64,000 bases of DNA from Sulfolobales archaeon (lineage in GTDB: Archaea; Thermoproteota; Thermoprotei_A; Sulfolobales; NBVN01): positions 8,481 through 72,480 of the forward strand of contig JANXEN010000001.1 in NCBI GenBank assembly GCA_025058345.1, read 5' to 3'. This document shows, one piece after another, positions 56,490 through 64,000 of the stretch. How positions within the stretch are numbered: position 1 is the stretch's first letter; every line of letters starts with the position of its first letter. Position numbers and translations under genes: made by a program. The notes beneath the pieces are model-generated. The model worked only from the letters and a program-made list of their open reading frames with translations, searched no databases and was not told the origin of the DNA.

Positions 56490-58241
56490 CTAGATAAAAC
56501 CCACACTAAACATGGTGAACAGTAATACAGCAAGCGTCAATATAGTAATTACGATCGAGTGCGTGAAGCCTGCAGCTAAGATTGTCTGAGATGTCTTACC
56601 TGCTATTAATCCAGTGATGTATGAGTTAATTATAGCTCCAGTCGATAAAGTTACAATTACCCCAGACAACATTTCAGGTTGAGGCATTAGATTCGTTGAT
56701 GAAGTCAATTGCCAAACAATTAATAAGGGGGCAGAAGCAACCATTAAAGCCCCAAAATATGGGAGTAGTACGTATGCTCTTAAACTACGTCTTAACTCTT
56801 CTTCAGATTCCGCGAGACTTTGAGTAAAACTGGCTAAGGAATCCATGATTTCCGGACTTCCACCACCGTAGACTATTGAGTCAATTAAGAACCTGAAAAT
56901 TATTGCTAGGAACCAATCCCTGACCTTCCTTATACTTCTAGCTAATGCCTTATCTAAAGTTATTCCCATAGCTAATGCTGTAGCTGTCTTCTTAACTATG
57001 AGAGTTAAATTGCCGTAATCCCTCTCAGATAGCGTTATGATGCATTTTTCTGGGCTTAATCCGGTTTTCCTAACCTCACTTAAGTCCCTTAAGAACTCAG
57101 CCAACGCCTTAATCATACCTTTAGAACCCCTCATCTCTAACGTAAATACAGCCGCTGGAGGTATTGAGAGAGTTAATAACCCTGCAGCTAGTGAACATGC
57201 TATGATGACCGCATCCCTAGGTCTAACAGTACCCTCAAACACGTTAATCGAGCCGGATATAACTATTACCGATAAAGATGCTAGGATGGCAAAAGGCACT
57301 GAAATCATGAGGATGTAGTATGGTACCCTAATCGGTAATGTTGTTCTCGGATTAGAAACATGTACAAGTACTAAAGTCAAAGCACCTAAGCCGGGTAATA
57401 CTATAGTATTATATATCATTGGCATCATGGGGTCCATGGCACCAGCAAGCCGTGAACCGCCTATTATCGTAACCGCACCACTTACGGCAAAGAAGGTAAA
57501 CATAGTTAAAGAGACAACAACACCTAAGATGATGTATAATTCCAGAAAAGCTGCTAACCTGCCAATTATGGATTTAATCTCGGCAGACCTATTAGCCAAA
57601 GACTCCCTAGTTTTAACCTCTAGGTAATGAACTACGTCACCACCAGCTCTTAAAGTTGTCATATAACCTAGCATTAAATCCCTAAACTTGCTGCTTGGAT
57701 GGGCGTACGCCACCTTTTCAATTGCTGATAAAGGATCTTCCCCAAAAATCTTTACACGCCTCATAATCTCGCCAGCCTCCCTACTGGAATACTTAAATAG
57801 CTTAATTCGGCTAACTCTCTCTAAACACCTCTCAACCGTGACACCGCCCCTTGCCATAGTTGCTATATATGTAAGTAGGAAAGGCAATTCCGAATCTACG
57901 TATAGCTTTCTAAACGAAGCACTTAACGATGGGTAGGAAAGCCCTAAGGCAAATGTTATTATAGAAATTATCAGTGGAAAGACCGCAATTATGATTTTAA
58001 CTAGTAAAGGAAATGGCATTAAGGCAATTACGAAAGAGACTAAAAAAGTCGAGAGGATGCCTGTAAGTAAAGTGAGTAGAAGAATCCTACATGCATATAT
58101 ATGTGGATGTGTGTAAAAACCAGCAGCCTTAATGCTCCTATCTAATTCGAAGGTCTTAGCTAGAGATTTACCGAACTTCTCAAATAGCGTTAACGCTAAG
58201 GCATCAACATAAACCATTAGGATTGTCCTAAGTTTCCCCAC
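56490..58241 (-). CDS. Type IV pilus/archaellum platform protein (FlaJ/TadC, T2SS-F family)
   Basis: 583-aa polytopic membrane protein with two repeated cytoplasmic helical domains. It shares 1 nt with the upstream ATPase gene. Confidence 0.7.
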   Translation of the reverse strand: MGKLRTILMVYVDALALTLFEKFGKSLAKTFELDRSIKAAGFYTHPHIYACRILLLTLLTGILSTFLVSFVIALMPFPLLVKIIIAVFPLIISIITFALGLSYPSLSASFRKLYVDSELPFLLTYIATMARGGVTVERCLERVSRIKLFKYSSREAGEIMRRVKIFGEDPLSAIEKVAYAHPSSKFRDLMLGYMTTLRAGGDVVHYLEVKTRESLANRSAEIKSIIGRLAAFLELYIILGVVVSLTMFTFFAVSGAVTIIGGSRLAGAMDPMMPMIYNTIVLPGLGALTLVLVHVSNPRTTLPIRVPYYILMISVPFAILASLSVIVISGSINVFEGTVRPRDAVIIACSLAAGLLTLSIPPAAVFTLEMRGSKGMIKALAEFLRDLSEVRKTGLSPEKCIITLSERDYGNLTLIVKKTATALAMGITLDKALARSIRKVRDWFLAIIFRFLIDSIVYGGGSPEIMDSLASFTQSLAESEEELRRSLRAYVLLPYFGALMVASAPLLIVWQLTSSTNLMPQPEMLSGVIVTLSTGAIINSYITGLIAGKTSQTILAAGFTHSIVITILTLAVLLFTMFSVGFI

Positions 58242-59893
58242 TACTTAACAACCTCTAAACTACTTAACACATCCTTTGGACTCACGTAGTACTTATATAT
58301 GTATTTAGCTGATTCTTTATACGATCTTATGTTCTTAGCTGCTAATTTCTCAAGGATTAACCTCTTAACAGATAAACTCTCTAACACATCTGAAAATGTC
58401 CTACCACTCATGTCTGCAATCCTCTTAAGTAGATAACTTCTGCTGAAGTCCGCTTCAAAGAAGTCTTTTATAGGGTTCCATTTAGATATCTCAATATATC
58501 TACCTTGATCATCTATTTCCCAGACATTGGTTATCCTTCTAGCAGGTCTGGGTCTACCCTCATCATCTAGTTTAGTGACCCTCTTTATAACTAACGCAGC
58601 GTTGATTAACGGGATATAAACCATTGGGATATTCATAGGTGGTGATGTAAGTCTTTTAACTGCCGCATCTATGTTCTCAGCATGTAATGTAGTGATACCT
58701 GAGTGTCCGGTAGCTACTGCCTGAAAGAGGACGTATGCCTCCTCACCCCTAACCTCACCAACTATCAAGACATCTGGCCTATACCTAAGCGATATTTTAA
58801 CTAATTGGAAGAGGTCTATCTCCTTCGTTTCACCGCCAGCTAAGTATGAAGACCTAGATACTAACTGAACCCAATTCTCCTGAGGTAACCTTATTTCAGG
58901 AGTGTCCTCAACAGTGACTATCTTGTAGGTAGGTCTTAATAACGTAGCTAAGGCATTTAGAGTGCTAGTCTTTCCAGCCCCTGTAGATCCGATCACTAAT
59001 GTAGTCATTTTATAATCCATTAACGTCCAGAAGTACGCCGCTAACTCTGAACTTATAGTACCGAAGTTTATCATATCTATAATAGTTATAGGGTCTTCTC
59101 TGAACTTCCTTATCGTGAAGGTAGAGCCCTTAGCAGATACTTCGTTTTGGAAAGTCGCAGCTACTCGATGACCGCCGGGTAACATAGCATCCAATACAGG
59201 ATATGCCACAGATATATGCTTTCCAGACATATGAGCTAGCTTAAGTATGTAGCTATTTAACTCAGTCTCAGCAGGGAAGAAAAGGTTAGTCGGTATTGAT
59301 TCATACTTCCTATGCCACACATATATAGGCTTACCATGCCCGTTACATGAGATGTCCTCTATATTAGGATCTTTAAATAAAGGATCGAGAAACCCGTAGC
59401 CGAGAACCTCCCTCTCAACATAGTACATCATCTTAGCCCAAGAAAGTGTTGGTGTCTTCCCTAACTTCAGCTGAAACATCCTAACAGCTCTTTTTGCATG
59501 TTTCTGGAAGTACTCACGGATATCTGTATCGCCCTTAGGAGGTTCTAACTCCCATGTAAGGTAATCTATTATATCTTTAAACACCTTAAGCTCATGCTCA
59601 TTTAGAGATATTTCATCGACGTTATATATTATATCTCCACTACGTAAATCTTCAACTATTATTGCCTCAACCCAAGGGTCGGCAAGAGGATACTTATCCA
59701 AAACCTTAACGTCCTCCCTAAGATACATCTTAGACCTAGCTATCTTAGTGGAGGCTATATCAGTTTCATAAACGACTTCTCCAGAAGCCTCAACCTTAGA
59801 TTCGGTCTTACCCTTACCTTTAAAGGTGTTTTTAAGGAAACTTATCATACTATACTTTACCGGAATATTATCTCTTACGACCTTAATTAACAT
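58241..59893 (-). CDS. Type II/IV secretion-family assembly ATPase (FlaI/PilB-like)
   Basis: Walker A 'GSTGAGKTS', Walker B 'DVLIVGEVRGEEA', Asp and His boxes ('TVEDTPEI', 'GHSGITTLHA'). Confidence 0.85.
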   Translation of the reverse strand: MLIKVVRDNIPVKYSMISFLKNTFKGKGKTESKVEASGEVVYETDIASTKIARSKMYLREDVKVLDKYPLADPWVEAIIVEDLRSGDIIYNVDEISLNEHELKVFKDIIDYLTWELEPPKGDTDIREYFQKHAKRAVRMFQLKLGKTPTLSWAKMMYYVEREVLGYGFLDPLFKDPNIEDISCNGHGKPIYVWHRKYESIPTNLFFPAETELNSYILKLAHMSGKHISVAYPVLDAMLPGGHRVAATFQNEVSAKGSTFTIRKFREDPITIIDMINFGTISSELAAYFWTLMDYKMTTLVIGSTGAGKTSTLNALATLLRPTYKIVTVEDTPEIRLPQENWVQLVSRSSYLAGGETKEIDLFQLVKISLRYRPDVLIVGEVRGEEAYVLFQAVATGHSGITTLHAENIDAAVKRLTSPPMNIPMVYIPLINAALVIKRVTKLDDEGRPRPARRITNVWEIDDQGRYIEISKWNPIKDFFEADFSRSYLLKRIADMSGRTFSDVLESLSVKRLILEKLAAKNIRSYKESAKYIYKYYVSPKDVLSSLEVVK

Positions 59894-60013
59894 TACCTTA
59901 ATGGTTCAGAAGCAAATGCAGATGAACGTAAATCCAACCACTCAAATTCACTTTATTAACCTCTAAAGCAATAAACTTATTATTTCAAGAATTAGAATTT
60001 AGAGGGTTAGAAA

Positions 60014-63000
60014 TTGAAGGACGTTAGAAAGTCATTGGAGATTTATTCATTACTAATTATAACTTTGGCCGTACTATCTGCCATACCTATAAACTCTTCA
60101 TCAGATGATAGGTATACGGTCTATTCATACGAGCTAAATTTAGACATGCAAGTTAATTACGTAGTAGTCTTAACGAACGATGTAGTAGCTGTCCTTGGCA
60201 CATTAGATGGTACTTCAGTAATTAGAATAATTAATGTTTCGGAGACTTTTAGACCTGAAACCCTCTTCACCTACCCAATAAGTGGTTCCATAACGTCATA
60301 TGCTGTGGATGGCTTTCCAGCAAGGTATATAGCAGTTGGTACTGACGTAGGTGAGGTCGTGGTATTCGCTGTCAATAACGGCAGACTCTATGAAAGGCTT
60401 CACTACCTACAAGGTGCTGACTTCTCCGTCGACTCGATGTACCTCCTCCAAACACCTACAACAGTTAAATTAGCAGCTTTAAGCGTTAATAAGAAGTTAC
60501 CCTCGGAGAAGTACGTCTATGTATTCGACGTCAACACTAAGGGAGTCATAAGGTTAGGTCCCACCGTAGGCAACCTCAGTAAAGCCTTAGAGGATATAAC
60601 ACCTCATATCCTAGTACCGGTTAAGGTTGTTGACAGCAACGGCTATTTCTATGATGCGTCAAGAGTTCTCATAACCTATACAGGTCTGACGGCAACTTTA
60701 GATATACGTGCCATATACGTATACAACTACACCGAGTTCCCTGCGAGTTGGGCATACGTAGAAGTAACTTTATATGACGTCAATACAGGCTCTCAAGTAT
60801 TTTCATACAGCGTCAATTTAAACGAAAATGGTACAAAACATGCTATTGCACCCCTTGGATACTTCGTTGAGGTCAGTATATACGATATATACGGGAATAA
60901 ATATAGGCGTTATGTAAACTTATCTGATTTAAGAAAGCCTGAGACGATAACGCTTGAGTTTTCCCTACTATATAGACCTGATACTAGGAATGCTACAGAG
61001 GTTTTACCGATGGGTATAAAGGTTTCCGACTTTAGTAAAGCACCTGTTGAGTTCGAGTTCATACTTGATTTAGGTCTGCAGGGATATATTGGCACCCCAC
61101 TTTTCGCTTTCAAACCCACAGCTTTCAAAGATTATACATACATGGTTATGACTGAACACAGCAACTACTTTAACTTAACGTACCTATTCAAGGATCTAAG
61201 TATAGTTGACCTAACGCTCTATGATTACTTGGGATATAACGGTATAAAGTTGAAGTTCGTCGACACCACGATGGACGGCAAATATATACTAGTGGCTTTA
61301 AGGGATGGTAGGATTAAGACCTACGTATATAATGAGTTAACTAAAATGCATGAATTAGAGCAAGAATATATAGCACCTGGAGAACCTATAAACACTGAAC
61401 TAGCTTACGTTGGTGGGAAAGCCTACTACGTCGTATATACAGGAAGAGGTCTTCAAATACTTTCGCTTCAGCCTATGCAGATCCCTCTCCTCAGGCTTAA
61501 CGCATCACTCGCGTATAGGTTTCCAGGAGCTATGTCAGCTGATTCATCTATAGACCTCTCCCTAGTGGTTATTGGCGGTGGAAATAAATTGCTAATCATA
61601 AAGGATCTAAATAGATATATCGAGACCTACGGGAATAGACCCATAGACATTGATTCCGTTAGGCTTCCTTCACTTACTCTGCAGATATTAATGCCTAACG
61701 GTACTGCTGTATCAGGTGCGAGGACAGTTATCACCTATCAAGCTACGAGTGCGGAATTCGTAAGTGATAGGGACGGTAAGATAACTCTCAGCAACATATT
61801 CCCAGGAAGATATCTTGTTTCGATATATCCGCCAACACCTCATCTACAGCCTGCCGCCATAACAATTGATGTACCGAAAACTATGCGGTACACATATACT
61901 GTAGTACTTAACTATACTGAATATACCCTCGATATAAATCTCTTAGATGAATTTGGCGGCGGTCCTCAAGTACCGGTTGAGATATACTTAAACAACATAC
62001 TCATAGTAAGTAACTTCATGAACGAAACTTACTCAGTTAAAGCCCCTTACGGGTACTATAATATAACCGTAAGGCCTGTACGTGGGTATTCATATTTCTA
62101 TAACGAGTTAGCAAAATCGTTATTACTAGATGGTAATCGTAGATTGGATATAAAGCTAGAAAGAATGACGTATGCAGTAGCTCTAAACGTGATGGATGAA
62201 GTGTCTAGAGAAGTAATTATGGATGAAGTGTCGCTAATTATTGATGATGTCGAAGTCTTTAGGGCAGTAAGAGGGACTTTAATAGTTACTCTGAAGTCAG
62301 GCTACCATAGAGTTAGGGTATTAATACCTCCAGGACTCAGCAATAAATACGTAGATGCTGAAAAATACATCAACGTTATGACTGACGCTACGTTCAACGT
62401 TGAAGTCCCGAGGAGGGCATACAATGTAGAGGTTAATTTAGTGGATCAATTAACTGGTGAGCCGCTTCCAGGGGCGTATGACATCTACGTCAATGGTGTG
62501 AAATTATTGAGCGGAGTTAGTAAAAAGTTCAACATCACACTACCTTACGGGACTTATGTAATCACTATTCAACCATTACCTCCCTATAATGCGGTCTACC
62601 AGGAGAAGAACATAACGTTAGTTGTTGATAAAGACTCGATCAACCTTGTGGGAGCAGATAGGGTATCTTACTCAATAATGGTTAGGATAATTGACTTAAT
62701 TTCTAGGGTTCCAATGACACCGATCAAGTTAAGTGTTAATGAATTCTCGATAGTGCTACCAGCCGGTACACAGACATATACCCTTTACCTACCTTATGGG
62801 ACCTACCGCATTAAAATATCACCAGACATAGGTTATGAGAACGTCTACGATGAGTATGTGACGACCGTAGATCTAACTACAGCTACCTCAGTCGATGCAG
62901 TCCTTAAGAGGAAGGTATACACACTAACGTTAAATCTCTATGACGTATCGGCTGGGCCAATCCAAGGTCTATTCGATATTTTTGCTAATGAAACGATGGT

Positions 63001-63544
63001 AGCTAGCGGTGTTCGTGAGAGAACTAACATCACATTGCCTTACGATGTCTACAGTATAACTGTAAGACCGCAACCACCTTATATGGCGTTATACACTGAG
63101 TACAGGGATGTTGTGAAGCTATTTAAGGATACCTCAATAAATGTCCCTCTGAGTAGGAAGTACCATACGCTAACACTCATAGTTAACGACGATAGAGATT
63201 CCCCAGTATTCGGCGCAACCGTAACGCTAATAGATACTTCAACAGGTTCCCTAGTAGCTAGAGGTATTACAGACAATAACGGTAGGTACTCCATATCAAC
63301 CTACTATGGTTCATTTCAACTAATTATTAGCTATGAAGGCTTTTACGACTATATAAAGTCAATAGACCTTACAACAAGTATTACAGAAAAGATTAAGCTT
63401 CAACCACAGCCACTTACTCTGTTAATAAGGAACGCGCTGTTAATACTTATTGCGGTGCTTATAGTCATAAGTATAGTTATAATAGTTAAGTTGAGGGGTA
63501 AGATTGCTGAGAGGATATATAGAGGTGAGGAATTCGAGTTCTAA
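60014..63544 (+). CDS. Large membrane-anchored surface protein: signal peptide, beta-propeller-like region, 7 tandem Ig-like (CarboxypepD_reg-like) repeats, C-terminal TM anchor
   Basis: TTG start. N-terminal 'LLIITLAVLSAIP' signal. Repeated strand motifs ('YIAVGTDVGEVVVFAV', 'YILVALRDGRIKTYVY'). Seven ~83-aa repeats. C-terminal 'ALLILIAVLIVISIVIIV' followed by a basic/acidic tail. Many N-x-S/T sequons. Confidence 0.7.
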   Translation: MKDVRKSLEIYSLLIITLAVLSAIPINSSSDDRYTVYSYELNLDMQVNYVVVLTNDVVAVLGTLDGTSVIRIINVSETFRPETLFTYPISGSITSYAVDGFPARYIAVGTDVGEVVVFAVNNGRLYERLHYLQGADFSVDSMYLLQTPTTVKLAALSVNKKLPSEKYVYVFDVNTKGVIRLGPTVGNLSKALEDITPHILVPVKVVDSNGYFYDASRVLITYTGLTATLDIRAIYVYNYTEFPASWAYVEVTLYDVNTGSQVFSYSVNLNENGTKHAIAPLGYFVEVSIYDIYGNKYRRYVNLSDLRKPETITLEFSLLYRPDTRNATEVLPMGIKVSDFSKAPVEFEFILDLGLQGYIGTPLFAFKPTAFKDYTYMVMTEHSNYFNLTYLFKDLSIVDLTLYDYLGYNGIKLKFVDTTMDGKYILVALRDGRIKTYVYNELTKMHELEQEYIAPGEPINTELAYVGGKAYYVVYTGRGLQILSLQPMQIPLLRLNASLAYRFPGAMSADSSIDLSLVVIGGGNKLLIIKDLNRYIETYGNRPIDIDSVRLPSLTLQILMPNGTAVSGARTVITYQATSAEFVSDRDGKITLSNIFPGRYLVSIYPPTPHLQPAAITIDVPKTMRYTYTVVLNYTEYTLDINLLDEFGGGPQVPVEIYLNNILIVSNFMNETYSVKAPYGYYNITVRPVRGYSYFYNELAKSLLLDGNRRLDIKLERMTYAVALNVMDEVSREVIMDEVSLIIDDVEVFRAVRGTLIVTLKSGYHRVRVLIPPGLSNKYVDAEKYINVMTDATFNVEVPRRAYNVEVNLVDQLTGEPLPGAYDIYVNGVKLLSGVSKKFNITLPYGTYVITIQPLPPYNAVYQEKNITLVVDKDSINLVGADRVSYSIMVRIIDLISRVPMTPIKLSVNEFSIVLPAGTQTYTLYLPYGTYRIKISPDIGYENVYDEYVTTVDLTTATSVDAVLKRKVYTLTLNLYDVSAGPIQGLFDIFANETMVASGVRERTNITLPYDVYSITVRPQPPYMALYTEYRDVVKLFKDTSINVPLSRKYHTLTLIVNDDRDSPVFGATVTLIDTSTGSLVARGITDNNGRYSISTYYGSFQLIISYEGFYDYIKSIDLTTSITEKIKLQPQPLTLLIRNALLILIAVLIVISIVIIVKLRGKIAERIYRGEEFEF
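61667..63406 (+). repeat. Seven tandem ~82-85-aa protein repeats inside the 1176-aa gene
   Basis: Repeat starts are at aa 552, 637, 720, 803, 886, 969 and 1051 (hand count). The shared motif is 'Y.(L/V).(L/V).(L/V).D......P......(I/V)......(N)(I/F)T(L/V)PYG.Y.(I/V).(I/V).P'. Confidence 0.7.
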
Positions 63545-63563
63545 TTACCGGAGATAAAAACAA

Positions 63564-63974
63564 CTACTTCACATAAATCTCCTTAGGAAGTCCATCAACA
63601 TAGATCACTTCAATCTTAGCCTCAATATTTGTGGTTGAGAATAAACTTAGCTCTTTTTTGATGCTTTCTAGCAAGATCATTCTACTTGTTAAGTACTCAA
63701 CAAATTCTTCTAAGGAAATCAATTCCTGCTCAGTTGTAGGTTTTATTATCACCTTCACCTTCTTTAAATTTACTACATTACTAACTTGCCCTTGGGTTTG
63801 GCTGATACCCATCTTAGATAGAACGTCCTTTAAAGCTCTTTCGTTTTCAGCCCTAACCCTAAGAACCTCCATCCTTCTCAATAACTCACCAAGAACCCTC
63901 TTAATTTCTAAGATATCCTCATCTAAGGAGGCCAACATCTCTTTGAAACCGCTAAATTCCTTGACGTACACCAT
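63564..63974 (-). CDS. Hypothetical coiled-coil protein
   Basis: 136-aa ORF, convergent with the large surface-protein gene. Heptad-like helices and no recognised family. Confidence 0.4.
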   Translation of the reverse strand: MVYVKEFSGFKEMLASLDEDILEIKRVLGELLRRMEVLRVRAENERALKDVLSKMGISQTQGQVSNVVNLKKVKVIIKPTTEQELISLEEFVEYLTSRMILLESIKKELSLFSTTNIEAKIEVIYVDGLPKEIYVK

Positions 63975-64000
63975 ACTGAAGTACTCTCAAGCTTAATCTG

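Noticed and set aside
1-64000. Search by eye for CRISPR arrays, IS elements, integrases, toxin-antitoxin pairs or other defence-island signatures
   Set aside because: I saw no direct-repeat/spacer periodicity, no transposase or integrase-like ORFs, and no clustered small toxin-like genes. The window reads as conserved housekeeping core, and the intein is the only selfish-element signature.

Overview
This window looks like a dense chromosomal core region of a crenarchaeon. The lineage guess (Thermoproteales-like, e.g. Caldivirga or Vulcanisaeta) is inference only. It rests on a multi-intron tRNA, a C1-G72 tRNA-Tyr, eukaryote-type ribosomal proteins, aIFs, PCNA, RadA, CDP-archaeol synthase and a Cren-type lysine methyltransferase.

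I support about 65 protein genes, 2 intron-containing tRNAs and 3 candidate box C/D sRNAs. Three small genes or RNA types are missing from the ORF track: ribosomal protein S26e, Nop10 and the sRNAs. Translation and information processing dominate:
- five aminoacyl-tRNA synthetases (His, Thr, Ile, Ser, Pro)
- aIF1A and aIF2 alpha and beta
- NMD3, Rio1, a KH/Dim2-like protein, KsgA and Nop10
- ribosomal proteins S26e, L44e and S27e
- PCNA, RadA, an Lhr helicase and a tRNA-splicing endonuclease subunit

I saw no CRISPR array, transposase, integrase or prophage-like block.

The items most worth a second look are:
1. A minimal type IV pilus-like ATPase/platform pair, divergently coupled to a 1176-aa membrane-anchored surface protein with a propeller-like N-terminus and seven Ig-like repeats. 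Two pilin-like genes and a prepilin peptidase lie elsewhere in the window.
2. A HerA/FtsK-class ATPase fused to a polytopic membrane domain, next to Lhr.
3. A tRNA-Trp with two introns (30/31 and 37/38).
4. A 188-aa mini-intein in the RadA P-loop.
5. An S26e gene with no canonical start codon, apparently starting at ACG.
6. Three box C/D sRNA candidates, one antisense to a small zinc-ribbon ORF.
7. An orphan ESCRT-III-like gene.

All family calls come from reading motifs by eye and from memory. No searches were run.
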